Positions 9,785 to 20,844 of a stretch of DNA of 64,000 bases are shown piece after piece. This DNA comes from an uncultured Actinomycetota bacterium (GTDB lineage: Bacteria; Actinomycetota; Actinomycetes; JAHEKZ01): contig CAVURN010000001.1 of the NCBI GenBank assembly GCA_963743915.1, positions 1 through 64,000 of the forward strand, read 5' to 3'. Numbering within the stretch: the stretch's first letter is position 1; each line of letters opens with the position of its first letter. The notes beneath the pieces are model-generated. The model saw only the letters and a program-made list of their open reading frames with translations, ran no database searches and had not been told where the DNA came from. The position numbers and the translations under genes were made by a program.

Positions 9785-11266
9785 GCCGAACGCTGCCAGA
9801 CCTCTTTGCGGATCGGCGTCCCGCGCCTGGTGCGGCATTTCTGCACGAGCCGGACGGTGGCGTCGTCACCTACCAAGATCTGGAGACCGAGGTCGGGCGG
9901 TGGGCGTCCGGGCTGTGGCACTCGGGGGTCCGCCGCGGTGACCGGGTGGTGTATCAGGTCCAGAAGTCCCCGGCAGTACTGGCGCTCCACCTGGCGCTGC
10001 TGCGCTGTGGCGCGGTGCAGGTGCCGCTGAATCCCACCTACTCCGACAGCGAGGTCACTGCGCTGTTGGCGCACGCTCAGCCCACCATCGTCGTCCGTGA
10101 CCCGGCGATGCGGGCTCTCGCCGGTCCGTGGGCGTCGCTGACGTTGGACGCGGCGGGTGACGGAACGGCACGAGACCTGCAGACCGACGCGTCCGCGAAC
10201 CTTCCCCGCATCCGGGTCGATGACGGAGCCGCGCTGCTCTACACGTCCGGGACCACCGGACGCCCCAAGGGGGCGTTAGCTGACGCACGCCAACCTTGCA
10301 GCACAATGCGACGGTCGCTCGTCGAGCTCTGGGCATTCACTGAGCAGGATGTCCTGCTGCACGTACTTCCGCTGTTCCACACGCACGGGCTCTTCGTGGC
10401 GGCGCACTGCGTGCTGGCCAGTGGGGGCTCGATGGTCTTGCTGCCCGCCTTTGACGTGGGCGATGCCTTGGCTTCGCTGCCTCGGTGCACCGTCTGATGG
10501 GGGTGCCGACGCACTACCAACGACTGCTGTCCGACCCGCGCCTCGACGCCGATCTGGTGCGACAGGTGCGGCTCTTCATCTCCGGGTTCAGCACCGATGT
10601 CGATGCAGCTGCACGATGCGTTCACCGCACGCACCGGACAGACGGTCCTCGAGAGGTACGGGATGACCGAGACGTCGATGCTCACGTCGAACCCCCTGCA
10701 GGGCGTCCGGAAGCCCGGGTCGGTGGGCCGGCCGCTGCCGGGCGTCGAGCTCCGAGTGGTGGACGAGTGGCACGGACGGTGGCCACCGGGATCGTCGGCC
10801 AGGTCGAGGTTCGGGGGCCGAACGTCTTCGCCGGCTACTGGCGACGCCCGGAGCTGGCGGGTGAGGCCTTCACCGACGACGGCTAGTTCCGCACCGGCGA
10901 CCTCGGCCGGGTCGACGACGACGGCTATCTCGAGCTGGTCGGCCGGTCGAAGGACCTGGTGATCACCGGAGGGCTGAACGTCTATCCGAGGGATGTCGAG
11001 GAGGTGCTGGAGGGCATCGACCGGCGTCCAGGAGGCTGCCGTGGTCGGCGTCCCCGACGCCGATCTCGGAGAGCGCGTCGTCGCGGTCATCGTGGGCGAC
11101 CCAGGGATTGATCTGGAGATCGTGCGCGCCGCGCGCTCGCGAGCGTCTGGCGGGCTACAAGGTGCCGAAGCGGATCGACCTGCGTCGACGAGCTTCCTCG
11201 CAATGCCATGGGCAAGGTCGACAAGATGGCGCTCGCGATCCACTGGCATCTGGGCTCGCCGAGTGA
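9781..11266 (+). pseudogene. Acyl-CoA synthetase (MatB malonyl-CoA ligase-like), multiply frameshifted with an in-frame TAG; pseudogene or sequencing error
   Basis: [44 protein letters not shown] and PRNAMGKV motifs are spread over different frames. TAG at 10884-10886 in DDG*FRTGD. Confidence 0.8.
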
Positions 11267-11272
11267 GCGGCA

Positions 11273-12688
11273 ATGCGACCGGCGCTGCTCGTCGACCGGT
11301 CCGCTCGTGACCTGAGTGATGCGATTCGTCGTCGCGAGCTCTCGTGCGTCGACGTGGTGCGTGCCCATCTGGACCGGGTCGATGCCGCTCGACGGCACCT
11401 ATCACGCCCTCATCAGCCGACGATCCCGTGGACGACGTCCTGGCCGAGGCAGCGGAGCGTGATCTCGAGCTGGACCGTGGATTGCTGGCGCGGCTGGATG
11501 CACGGTCTTCCGCATGCGGTGAAGGACCTGGCGACGGTCCAGGGACTACCCACGACATCCGGCTTCCAGTCACCGTCGGATGCGCCTGTGGCGATCGATG
11601 ACGACCCCTTCGTCGCCAGGATCCGGGCGTGCGGCGCGGTATTCATCGGGAAGACCAACACTCCCGAGTTCGGGCTGGGATCCCACACCTACAACGCGGT
11701 CGCGCCAACTACGGGCAATGTCGTCGACCCAGCCATGAGTGCCGGCGGCAGCAGCGGCGGTGCTGCCGTCGCGGTCGCCTCCGGGATGGTGCCCGTCGCG
11801 GACGGCAGCGACTTCATGGGCTCGCTGCGCAACCCGCCGGGATGGAACGGCGTACTGGGCCTGCGTCCCACCCCTGGGGTGGTCCTCGACGCCGACGACG
11901 ACCCCGCCGCGCCTGGCAGCGGGGTGAACGGCCCCATCGCGCGGTCGGTGGCAGATCTTGCGGCACTGCTGAGCACGATGGCCGAGCCCGGGTACGCCTT
12001 CGCTGCTGAGCCCAGCGACCGGATGCCGAGGATCGGTTGGCTCGGTGACCTCGACGGCACGCTGCCCCTCGAACCGGGGATCGGCGAGACGTGCACCGCG
12101 GCCCTGACGCGGTGGAGCCCTGATGTCGACGACACTCACCTCGAGAAGCCGGAGACGCTCTGGCCGCTCTGGCTCGTGGTGCGTCACCACGAGGTGGGGG
12201 GCGCACTGCTCGAGAGCTACTCGGAGGTGGAGCGTGCGCGCATGAAGCCCGAGGCGCAGTGGGAGATCGAGGGGGCACGGCGCCTGACGAGTGGACAGAT
12301 CCAGGAGGCCCGGCACCGGCGCCGGGCCCTGCGTGCTGAGGTGCTGGGGCAGCTCGAGCGATTCGACATGCTCGCCCTGCCGACTGCTCAGGTGTGGCCG
12401 TTCCCGGCGGAGCAGCACTGGCCGGCGGCCGTGGCGGGGGTGCCCATGGACACGTACCACCGCTGGATGCAGGTCACGACGCTCGCGACCCTGACCGGCC
12501 TGCCGGCGCTCGCCGTCCCCGCTGGTGTGAACCAGGCGGGCCTCAGCATCGGCCTCCAGCTGATCGGTCGACCGAACGGCGAGCAGCAGCTGCTGTCGTT
12601 CGCGGCCGATGCCGAGCGACGCGGGGTGTTCCAGGTGCGCCGCCCGAGCCTGGCTGCCGGCCGACGCCAAGACCCGCCGAATGCGTAG
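11273..12688 (+). CDS. Amidase signature family protein (5' part disturbed by compensating frameshifts, ~11395-11480)
   Basis: HAVKD, GKTNTPEFG, GGSSGG and GSDFMGSLRNP motifs. Confidence 0.9.
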   Translation: MRPALLVDRSARDLSDAIRRRELSCVDVVRAHLDRVDAARRHLSRPHQPTIPWTTSWPRQRSVISSWTVDCWRGWMHGLPHAVKDLATVQGLPTTSGFQSPSDAPVAIDDDPFVARIRACGAVFIGKTNTPEFGLGSHTYNAVAPTTGNVVDPAMSAGGSSGGAAVAVASGMVPVADGSDFMGSLRNPPGWNGVLGLRPTPGVVLDADDDPAAPGSGVNGPIARSVADLAALLSTMAEPGYAFAAEPSDRMPRIGWLGDLDGTLPLEPGIGETCTAALTRWSPDVDDTHLEKPETLWPLWLVVRHHEVGGALLESYSEVERARMKPEAQWEIEGARRLTSGQIQEARHRRRALRAEVLGQLERFDMLALPTAQVWPFPAEQHWPAAVAGVPMDTYHRWMQVTTLATLTGLPALAVPAGVNQAGLSIGLQLIGRPNGEQQLLSFAADAERRGVFQVRRPSLAAGRRQDPPNA

Positions 12689-12700
12689 CTGGTGGCCGGC

Positions 12701-13702
12701 TCAGGTGAGGGTTGCCACCATCAGGGCCTTGATCGTGTGCAACCGGTTCTCGGCCTGGTCGAACGCGATGTTGGCGGGTGAGCGGAACACCTCGTCGGAC
12801 ACCTCCAGGCCCCCATGCACTCCGGTGAGCGCGGCCACCTCGGCGCCGACGGTGGTGCGGTCGTCGTGGAAGGCAGGCAGGCAGTGCATGAACTTCGCCG
12901 CTGGATTCCCCGTGGCCGTCAGAGCCGCGGTGCTCACCTGGTACGGAAGGAGCTCCTGCACGCGCGACTGCCAGACCTCGCGGGGCTCTCCCATCGAGAC
13001 CCAGACGTCTGTGTGGACGAACTCGACCCCCGAGAGCCCCTCGCTCAGGTCCTCGGTGAGGGTGACGCTCCCACCGGACGCCGCGGCGCGTTCGCGCGCG
13101 ATGCTCTGCACCTCCTCGTCGGGCCAGAGCGACCGAGGTGCGCAGATCCGGACGTCCGCACCCATGATCGCCCCCATCACCAGCAATGAGCGGCCCATGT
13201 TGAACCGACCGTCGCCCATGAAGCAGTACCGCAAGGGCGCCTTCGGGTCGGCGGCGTGCTCCTGCATCGTCAGGAAGTCAGCGAGCATCTGGGTCGGGTG
13301 CCACTCGTCGGTCAACCCGTTGTAGACGGGGACGTCGGAGAACTCGGCTAGCTCCTCGACGGTGGCCTGTGCCTTGCCGCGGAACTCGATCGCGTCGTAC
13401 ATGCGGGACAGCACCCGTGCGGTGTCCGCAGCCGACTCCTTGTGACCGATCTGTGAGGAAGACGGGTCGAGGTAGGTGACGTGTGCACCCTGGTCGAAGG
13501 CAGCCACCTCGAACGCGCAGCGCGTACGGGTGGACGACTTCTCGAAGATGAGAGCGATGGATCTCCCCGTGAGGGCGCGCTCCTCGCGTCCTTCACGTTT
13601 GGCTCTCTTGAGTGCTGCAGCGAGGTCGATGAACTGCTGCAGCTCGTCACTGGTGAAATCGATCTCTTTGAGGAAGTCACGCTGACTCAGGACATCGCTC
13701 AT
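12701..13702 (-). CDS. argF: Ornithine carbamoyltransferase
   Basis: SSTRTR, HPTQ, DVWVSMG and HCLP motifs; start MSDVLS. Confidence 0.9.
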   Translation of the reverse strand: MSDVLSQRDFLKEIDFTSDELQQFIDLAAALKRAKREGREERALTGRSIALIFEKSSTRTRCAFEVAAFDQGAHVTYLDPSSSQIGHKESAADTARVLSRMYDAIEFRGKAQATVEELAEFSDVPVYNGLTDEWHPTQMLADFLTMQEHAADPKAPLRYCFMGDGRFNMGRSLLVMGAIMGADVRICAPRSLWPDEEVQSIARERAAASGGSVTLTEDLSEGLSGVEFVHTDVWVSMGEPREVWQSRVQELLPYQVSTAALTATGNPAAKFMHCLPAFHDDRTTVGAEVAALTGVHGGLEVSDEVFRSPANIAFDQAENRLHTIKALMVATLT

Positions 13703-13856
13703 CGGCGGCACCACCCCTTCGGTCGACACGGATCTTCTCACGCAGCGAACCCTGGCCGGCGCCCCAGTACCTGCTGATTCGTGCTCCAGGAGCCGCGACC
13801 ACGGAATCGCGCTGCCGTACGGCCGCAATCGGAGCTTCATCAGGCAGGGTGGTGCC

Positions 13857-15206
13857 ATGACCGACATGACCCCTCCAGCCACAGCGCCTCGTCAGAGCGT
13901 CCCCCTTGTCAGACTCGAGGTTCCCGACTACGAACTCGGACTGCGCGGAAAGGTCCTCCGTGCGGACAAGCTCTCGAAGCTGGGACGCAGCGCGTTCTGC
14001 ACGATCCTGTACGGACTGGATGCCATCGACGATGTCACGGACATTCCGCTGTCGTCGGCGGCCAACGGCTTCCCGGATGCCTTCGCGATGCCGGATGAGG
14101 CGACCCGGGTGGAGATGCCCTGGCGACCAGGGACCACCGCGGTAGTTGCTGACCTGGTGCATGAGGACGGCCGTCCTGTCATGGAGTCGCCGCGACACGT
14201 GCTCAACGACCTGGTCACCCGGTTCGCCAAGCATGGCCTCGAGCCGGTGATGGGATTCGAGTACGAGGTCTACGTCGTCCACGCTGACGACGACGCCCTC
14301 CGCCTGCGGCAGTACGACCGGCTCCGTCCGGTGGGGCGAGTGGTCAACGGGTACAGCAGCGGGCGAGTGAGTGCCATCAGTGAGCTCGTCGACGAGTTCT
14401 TCGCCCGGTGCGAGGCGGTGGAATCGCCGCTGGACGCGTTCCACTCTGAGATCGGTCCCGGGTTCTTCGAGTTCGCGCTGTCGCCGGCACCGGCCGTCGA
14501 GGCGGCCGACCGCGCAGCGCGGGCCCGGCAGCACTTCAGTGAGCTGTGCGCCGAGAACGGGCTGCTGGCCACCTACATCGCCAAGCTGCGCATGGACGCG
14601 TCCGGTTCCGGCGGGCACGTGCACCAGAGTCTCCGCCGCGATGGACGCAATGTCTTTGGCGACGGTGCTGGGGGCCTGTCCGACGTGGGGCGGAGCTACG
14701 TCGCTGGACTGGTCGAGACCATGGGTGACTTCACCGCGCTCTTCAACCCGAACCTCAACTCGTTCAAGCGGCTCCAATCGTCGTGGTTCGTCGCTGAGCG
14801 AGCCACGTGGGGGATGGACAACCGCAACGCGGCCTGCCGGGTCATCGGCAACGCCGGCGACGCAGCTGTCCGGGTGGAGCACCGTCGTCCGGGGGCTGAC
14901 GCCAACCCCTACGTGGTGGCCTCGGCGGTGCTCGCGGGCGGCCTGCACGGGATCGAGACAGTCGCCCAGCTTGGAGAAGAGCTCGTGGTCGGGGCGGATC
15001 TCGCCACCACTGGTCCGGCACTTCCAACAGACCTGCGCGAGGCCACCGCGCGCTTCCTGGCCTCGCCGGTGGCCCGGTCCTCCCTGGGCGACCGCTTCGT
15101 CGACGCCTACGGAGCCACCCGCGTCGCGGAGGCCGAGGCTTTCGACCGCTGGTTCCGGTCGCGGATCACCGACTGGGAGCTCGCCCGGTACCTCGAGGCC
15201 TTCTGA
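13857..15206 (+). CDS. Glutamine synthetase-like (gamma-glutamyl-amine ligase, PuuA/PauA-like)
   Basis: [34 protein letters not shown] and [12 protein letters not shown] motifs. Confidence 0.85.
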   Translation: MTDMTPPATAPRQSVPLVRLEVPDYELGLRGKVLRADKLSKLGRSAFCTILYGLDAIDDVTDIPLSSAANGFPDAFAMPDEATRVEMPWRPGTTAVVADLVHEDGRPVMESPRHVLNDLVTRFAKHGLEPVMGFEYEVYVVHADDDALRLRQYDRLRPVGRVVNGYSSGRVSAISELVDEFFARCEAVESPLDAFHSEIGPGFFEFALSPAPAVEAADRAARARQHFSELCAENGLLATYIAKLRMDASGSGGHVHQSLRRDGRNVFGDGAGGLSDVGRSYVAGLVETMGDFTALFNPNLNSFKRLQSSWFVAERATWGMDNRNAACRVIGNAGDAAVRVEHRRPGADANPYVVASAVLAGGLHGIETVAQLGEELVVGADLATTGPALPTDLREATARFLASPVARSSLGDRFVDAYGATRVAEAEAFDRWFRSRITDWELARYLEAF

Positions 15207-15210
15207 CCCC

Positions 15211-15816
15211 ATGACGCTGATCTCAGCGCAGGACCCGAAGCCATGGTGGCGCGTCGTCGCCGTCACGATCTTCGCGCTCACCGTTGTCCAGCTGGCGGTG
15301 GCCACCTTCGTTCCCGGGCTCGAGCAGTTCGAGGGCAAGGCCTTCGGCGCAAGACTGCTCGGCTACCCGCTGATGATGCTCGTCGTCCCGGCGAGCTACG
15401 CCTGGTGGGCGCGCCGCCAGCGTCCACGGCCGAGCACCCCGTGGGACGCCTACGCCTTTCTCTGGGCACCGTTCCTGATCGATGTCACTGGCAACACCCT
15501 CGACCTCTACGACTCCGTGGTCTGGTGGGACGACGCCAACCACTTCGTGAACTGGTTCCTGCTCGCCGCCGGTGCCGGACTGATCCTGGCGCGCAGCTCC
15601 CTGGCTCAGCCCTGGGCGCTGGGGTGGCTCACCGTGGGCATCGGCGCGATTCTGGCGATCGCCTGGGAGCTGGGCGAGTGGTACACGTTCATCCGCCACG
15701 GCACCGAGCTGGACACGGCCTACGAGGACACCCTGGGCGACGAGGTGCTCGGCACACTCGGCGCCGCCCTCGCGGGTGTCTGGATGACCCTGCGCAAGCG
15801 TCGCGAGCAGCCGTGA
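15211..15816 (+). CDS. Integral membrane protein (DUF2238-like)
   Basis: Five to six TM segments with WWDDANH, WELGE and YEDTLGD polar motifs. Confidence 0.65.
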   Translation: MTLISAQDPKPWWRVVAVTIFALTVVQLAVATFVPGLEQFEGKAFGARLLGYPLMMLVVPASYAWWARRQRPRPSTPWDAYAFLWAPFLIDVTGNTLDLYDSVVWWDDANHFVNWFLLAAGAGLILARSSLAQPWALGWLTVGIGAILAIAWELGEWYTFIRHGTELDTAYEDTLGDEVLGTLGAALAGVWMTLRKRREQP

Positions 15817-15835
15817 TCGATGGGTAAGGGTGCGC

Positions 15836-16930
15836 TCAGGCGCGGGGCTTGCGCTTGTCCGGGTCGAAGATCGACAGATCTGCGACGGTCGCATCCGACC
15901 CACCGACCGCGACGACGGTGTCGTTCGCGGCTGCTGACGCGTCCAGGATGGCCAGGGCGATCGGACCGAACCGCGGGCTGTCGGTCGGGCTCGTCAGGGT
16001 CCCCACGACCTGGCCGTCCCTGGTGACCTCAGAACCCGCCTCGGGAAGGTCACCCGCCTGGAGCCGCAGTGTCTTCAACCGACGCGGTGGCGATGGGGCG
16101 ATCTGCTGCAGCGCCGTCTTGCCCACGTAGTCGATCTCGGGGGCGAAGCTGACCATCCGGTCGAGGCCGAGGTCGAAAGGGGTCCGCTGACCAGGCTCGT
16201 ACTCGTACTCGAAGACGATGAGCCCGGCTTCGACACGCGCGACATCGATGGCGTTGAACCCCACCGGCCGTACGCCGGCCTGCTCGAGCGCCAGCCAGAG
16301 CGGCTCGGCTTCGGCGCGCGCCGGGATCAGCTCGTAGCCGAGCTCTCCGGAGAAGCCGGTCCGCGACAGGAAGACATCGATCCCGGCGACCGTCACCGGC
16401 TCGGCGAACCGGAAGTAGCCGAGCGAGGACAAGTCGAAGTTGCTCAGCGACTGCAGGATCTCGCGAGAACGTGGACCCTGCACCGACACCAACGGCATGT
16501 CGTGGAGCCGGTTCTCCATGGTGACGTCCGCATGGGGTGAGTGACCGCGCACGTACTCGTCGAAGGTCTCGGTGTTCGTGAACGCGAAGTACGAGCCGTC
16601 GACCCGGCGGTAGATCGTGCCCTCGTCCAGCAGCAGGCCGCTGTCGTCGACGAATGCGCCGTACCGAACTTGACCCACCTGCTGGGTCGAGAGGTTGTTG
16701 GTGAACCCGCGCTGCAGGGCGGCCTGGGCGTCCGGGCCGCTGACGTGCCACTTGTTGAGGGCGTAGACGTCCCACATACCGGCACCCTCGCGGAGAGCCT
16801 CGTACTCACCCGCGACGTCCCCGAAGTCCAGGGTCCACATCCAACCGCCGAAGTCGTCGAACGTCCCGCCCTGGCGCTCCTGCACGTCGTAGAGCACCGA
16901 ACGCACCGGTGCCACCTCGGCCTCTGCCAC
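15836..16930 (-). CDS. GcvT-family aminomethyltransferase/THF-dependent demethylase
   Basis: VQGPRS, SRTGFSGELGYE and ARVEAG motifs; GGAGG RBS before GTG 16930. Confidence 0.88.
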   Translation of the reverse strand: MAEAEVAPVRSVLYDVQERQGGTFDDFGGWMWTLDFGDVAGEYEALREGAGMWDVYALNKWHVSGPDAQAALQRGFTNNLSTQQVGQVRYGAFVDDSGLLLDEGTIYRRVDGSYFAFTNTETFDEYVRGHSPHADVTMENRLHDMPLVSVQGPRSREILQSLSNFDLSSLGYFRFAEPVTVAGIDVFLSRTGFSGELGYELIPARAEAEPLWLALEQAGVRPVGFNAIDVARVEAGLIVFEYEYEPGQRTPFDLGLDRMVSFAPEIDYVGKTALQQIAPSPPRRLKTLRLQAGDLPEAGSEVTRDGQVVGTLTSPTDSPRFGPIALAILDASAAANDTVVAVGGSDATVADLSIFDPDKRKPRA

Positions 16931-16964
16931 GCGAACCACCTCCGCACCCACCCTGGCGCAGAAC

Positions 16965-16986
16965 TCACTGGTCGGTCAATCAGTCA
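16965..16986 (-). promoter_or_regulatory. Second copy of the TetR/BetI-like operator, upstream of the GcvT-like gene
   Basis: TCACTGGTCGGTCAATCAGTCA, 19/22 identical to 7551-7572. Confidence 0.6.
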
Positions 16987-17951
16987 GTGACAGCAGTCTT
17001 CGGGCGTTGCCCGCGTAGAGGTCCGGCAGCAGAGCGGGGTCGAGCGCCGCACCGTCGATGGTCCAGCTGCCCTGCGGAGGCGTCGGCTCGCCGGAGTAGT
17101 CGAAGCCCGACGACGTCGGTCTCGAGGAAGCGTCGGTACCGCGCGTAGTCGTCGACCGTCGGGGGGAAGCAGTCCGTGCCGAGCAGGACCCGGTCCGGGA
17201 AGCTTTCCACCAGACGGCGAAAGTCCGCGGGGCGCCGCCCGATCTCACCGAGGCGCCCGCCCAGATCGACGTTCCAGTGAGGATGCTGGTGCAGCATGCG
17301 GCCGACGGCTTCGAGGTCCTCGGCCCAGCAACCGACGTGGGCACCCACGAACGTCGTGCCGGGACAGGCGGCCAGGAGCCGGTCCAGGGCTCCGATGAGC
17401 TCTGCGAACGTCGGGTACCCCGGAGCTCCGAACCACCACTCCGGATGGACCTGCAGCTCGTCGAAGCGCTCGTTGTCCAGGGTGAGCGGTTCGAAGAACG
17501 CCACAGGGTCGGCGGTGTGGATCAGGACCGGCAACCCGAGCTCGCCGGCGGCGCGCAGCACGTCGACGACCCGACCGTCGTCAGGTGGGACGAGCGATCC
17601 TGAGCTGTCCCGGACATCGAGTCCGAGGTCCTTCCACACCTTGACGCCGCGCGCACCGGACGCCGCGGAGGCCTGGAGCTGCTGGGTCATCCGCTCCACC
17701 TGGGCGGCGCTGTTGTCGTCCTGACCCAGGACGCCCCAGTCGACGTGGCAGAACGTCGCGAAACGTCGGGGGTGGGCACGGTCGTAGCGATCAAGGTTCG
17801 CCTCGAGCTCCTCGTCCCACCGGCCGTCGAGGTTGACGACGACCTCGACAGAGGCGGCGTCCATGAGTGTCAGCAGGTCGCCGACATCGGGGACGAGCCA
17901 GTCACCCGTGGACGAGAGCCAGCGACCGAGATGGTTGTGCGCGTCGATCAC
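16976..17951 (-). CDS. Amidohydrolase_2 family metallohydrolase; frameshift near 17105-17115
   Basis: IDAHNH, KVWK, LIHTAD, GAH and LGTD motifs. C-terminus LYAGNARRLL is in the frame of ORF 16976..17344. Confidence 0.8.
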
Positions 17952-17986
17952 GCTGCCATTGTGGCCGGCCGAGGTCTCGGGTGGCG

Positions 17987-18610
17987 TCAGCTGCCGGGTC
18001 TGGGACAACGCCACACGCCGAGCCGCTGGCCGCGGGCCGCGGACTGTGCGGTCAGGAACTCCCGCTGCCAGGCGTACGGGTCGTCGTAGGTGTACTCCAG
18101 CGCATGCCCTCGGCGCACGACCTCCCGGTTGAACATCGCGGCGTGTCCGCGAGTGGTCCAGAGGTAGGCGAGGACGCGGTCGTAGTAGTCCCGACGTCCT
18201 TGCGAGCGGTCGAACTCCAGAGCGACCGGCTCGTCGAGCAGCCGCCGTGTCGCGAACAGCGTCGCCTCAGGCCCATGACACTCGATCGGTTCGGTCGGGT
18301 GGACGGTCTCAGGGGTGTCGATCCCGATGAGGCGCACGGTCAGTGTCCGGCCTCCGCGAGTGACATCGACCGTGTCGCCATCGACGACGCGGGTGACCTT
18401 CCATCCGCTGCTGACCGGCCCTTTGGCCTGACCGCCCACACCCTGGCCCGGCTTCGGCGTCTGGCTCGGTCGCGGTGTCTGGCTGGGCTGGGTCGTCGCT
18501 CGGTCGCGATCCCGGTGGGGAGGTCGCTCCGGCCGCGCCCCGTCGTCCACGGCGCACGCACCGACGACGAGCGTGACCGCGAGCAGCAGCGCACCGTTAC
18601 GACGGCCCAC
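17987..18610 (-). CDS. Thermonuclease (SNase-like) lipoprotein
   Basis: VVDGDT, VRLIGIDTPE and DYYDRVLAY motifs; lipobox-like VGAC. Confidence 0.85.
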   Translation of the reverse strand: MGRRNGALLLAVTLVVGACAVDDGARPERPPHRDRDRATTQPSQTPRPSQTPKPGQGVGGQAKGPVSSGWKVTRVVDGDTVDVTRGGRTLTVRLIGIDTPETVHPTEPIECHGPEATLFATRRLLDEPVALEFDRSQGRRDYYDRVLAYLWTTRGHAAMFNREVVRRGHALEYTYDDPYAWQREFLTAQSAARGQRLGVWRCPRPGS

Positions 18611-18704
18611 AGGCTCCCCTCGGTTTCGGCCGTGCCGCTGACGAGCGGCCGTGACGGCGCGGTCATTGCCTTCTAGCATCAGGAGTCCACCACGGAGGTT
18701 CGCC

Positions 18705-19664
18705 ATGGCCGCACCCGACTCGCCTCGATCCCTGTCCCAGCTCTCCGGAGCGACCTACCTGACCGAATCGGGTCTCGAGACCGACCTGATCTTCAACCAC
18801 GGGCTCGACCTTCCCGCGTTCGCCTCGTTCCCGCTGCTCGGCAGCGACGACGGCCGTCGACGGTTGGCCGACTACTACCGCGACCACTGGCAGATCGCTG
18901 ACGCTCACGAGGTCGGGGTGGTCTTCGAGACGCCCACCTGGCGAGCCAGCCCCGACTGGGGTACGCACCTCGGCTACGACCTCGGCCAGCTGGCCACCTT
19001 CAACCGGGACGCCGCCTCGCTGCTGCTCGACCTCAGGGACGCAGTGGGCGCTGACGCCGAGCGGTTCGTCGTGAGCGGCAACCTCGGTCCGCGCGGGGAC
19101 GGCTATCAGCCCGGCGCGCGGATGACCGCGGAGGAGGCGACGCGCTACCACTCGTGGCAGGTGGGTGTGTTCGCCGAGAGCGGGGTCGACCTGGTGACGA
19201 TCCTCACCGCGAACTACGTCGAAGAGGGCCTCGGCGTCGCCAACGCGGCAGCCGCCGCGGGACTGCCGGCCGTCGTCTCGTTCACCACCGAGACGGACGG
19301 TCGGCTCCCCGACGGCTCCGAGCTCGGAGCCGCGATCGAGCGGGTGGACGCGGAGGCTGCAGAACCACCCGCCTACTACATGGTCAACTGCGCACACCCC
19401 ACCCACGTGTTGGACACCCTGAGGTCCGAGGATCCGTGGACCGAGCGGATCGGCGGCTTCCGTGCGAACGCCTCACGGATGAGCCACGCCGAGCTGGACG
19501 AGAGCGAGACGCTGGATGCGGGGGACCCCGCGGAGCTGGGTGAGCTCTTCAACGAGGTGCGGACCGCGGCGCCGACGATCTCCGTGCTCGGCGGGTGCTG
19601 CGGCACTGACGCCCGTCACATCGAGGCGATCGCCACCGCCGCCGCTGCCAGCGGACGGCTCTAG
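18705..19664 (+). CDS. Homocysteine S-methyltransferase family protein
   Basis: VNCAHP and GGCCG zinc ligands; GPRGDGY; GGAGG RBS. Confidence 0.88.
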   Translation: MAAPDSPRSLSQLSGATYLTESGLETDLIFNHGLDLPAFASFPLLGSDDGRRRLADYYRDHWQIADAHEVGVVFETPTWRASPDWGTHLGYDLGQLATFNRDAASLLLDLRDAVGADAERFVVSGNLGPRGDGYQPGARMTAEEATRYHSWQVGVFAESGVDLVTILTANYVEEGLGVANAAAAAGLPAVVSFTTETDGRLPDGSELGAAIERVDAEAAEPPAYYMVNCAHPTHVLDTLRSEDPWTERIGGFRANASRMSHAELDESETLDAGDPAELGELFNEVRTAAPTISVLGGCCGTDARHIEAIATAAAASGRL

Positions 19665-20839
19665 CCTGCGAGGCGGCTGGCCTCAGCTCTCTTCGCTTCC
19701 GCCCGACGCAGCGTGTGGCGCACCAGCCGTGCGACAGCGTCGGTCTCCAACAGGAACCCGTCGTGACCGTACGGGGAAGCGATGGTGTGCAGGCCGTCCG
19801 CCGTGGGGATGAGGTCAGCGAGCTCGCGTTGCAGCCGCAAAGGGTAGAGCCGGTCGCTGTCCACCCCACCGACGACGACGGGCACCTGGATCGACGCCAG
19901 TGCGGACGCAACACCGTCGCGTCCCCGACCGACGTCGTGCGTCGACATCGCGTCGGTGAGCGCGACGTACGTCCCCGCGTCGAACCGGCGCGCAAGCTTG
20001 TCGGCGTGGTGGTCCAGGTAGCTCTGAACGGCGTACCGGCCGTCCGCCAGCGGGTCCTCTCCCGCTTGTCCATCGCGTCCGAAGCGGATGTCGAGCTCGG
20101 ACTCGGTGCGGTAGGTGAGGTGCGCAACGCGGCGTGCGACCCCCATGCCGAGATGCGGGCCGTCCCCAGGTGCCGCGTCGTGGTAGTCGCCACCGCGCCA
20201 GCGGGGATCTGCGGTGATCGCATGGATTTGCGCCGTCTGCGTCCCGATCTGGTCCGCGGTCGCGGCGGCTCCGACCGCCACGACGAGAGCGGACCGCAGC
20301 CGATCAGGGTGCGTGACCGCCCACTCCAGCGACCGCATGCCGCCCATGGACCCGCCGATGACGGCCGCCCAGGTACCGATGTCGAGGGCATCGGTCAAAG
20401 CGCGCTCGACGGCGACCTGGTCGCGCACGGTGATGCGGGGAAAGCGCGAGCCCCAGGGACGACCGTCGGGTGCGAGCGACGCGGGACCGGTGGTGCCTTG
20501 GCACCCACCGAGCACGTTCGGTGCCACGACGAACCAGGAGGACGGGTCCAGTGGCGCACCGGGCGCGAGCAGGGCGTCCCACCACCCGGGGGTGGGGTGT
20601 CCGGCGCCGGCCGGCCCGGCCAGGTGCGAGTCACCGGTCAGCGCGTGCAGCACCAGGACGGCGTTGGACCGATCAGCGTTGAGCGTCCCAAACGTCTCGA
20701 AGGCGACGCGGACGTCGGGGATCTCACCGCCCAGCTCGAGCGCGACGCGTCCGAGGTCGACGAACTGACGGTTGCCCGGGTCGTCCCCCTCCTGCCAGGC
20801 GGCGCTGGCAGGAGGGGGCGCCCGGTGGTGGTCGGCCAT
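19661..20839 (-). CDS. metX: Homoserine O-acetyltransferase
   Basis: HALTGD, GGSMGG nucleophile motif, GHDGFL. Confidence 0.95.
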   Translation of the reverse strand: MADHHRAPPPASAAWQEGDDPGNRQFVDLGRVALELGGEIPDVRVAFETFGTLNADRSNAVLVLHALTGDSHLAGPAGAGHPTPGWWDALLAPGAPLDPSSWFVVAPNVLGGCQGTTGPASLAPDGRPWGSRFPRITVRDQVAVERALTDALDIGTWAAVIGGSMGGMRSLEWAVTHPDRLRSALVVAVGAAATADQIGTQTAQIHAITADPRWRGGDYHDAAPGDGPHLGMGVARRVAHLTYRTESELDIRFGRDGQAGEDPLADGRYAVQSYLDHHADKLARRFDAGTYVALTDAMSTHDVGRGRDGVASALASIQVPVVVGGVDSDRLYPLRLQRELADLIPTADGLHTIASPYGHDGFLLETDAVARLVRHTLRRAEAKRAEASRLAG

Positions 20840-20844
20840 GGGTG

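Noticed and set aside
10884-10886. In-frame TAG as pyrrolysine or programmed readthrough
   Set aside because: It sits in a stretch with many indels at a position normally Trp or Tyr, and no pyl genes are present. Error or decay is simpler.
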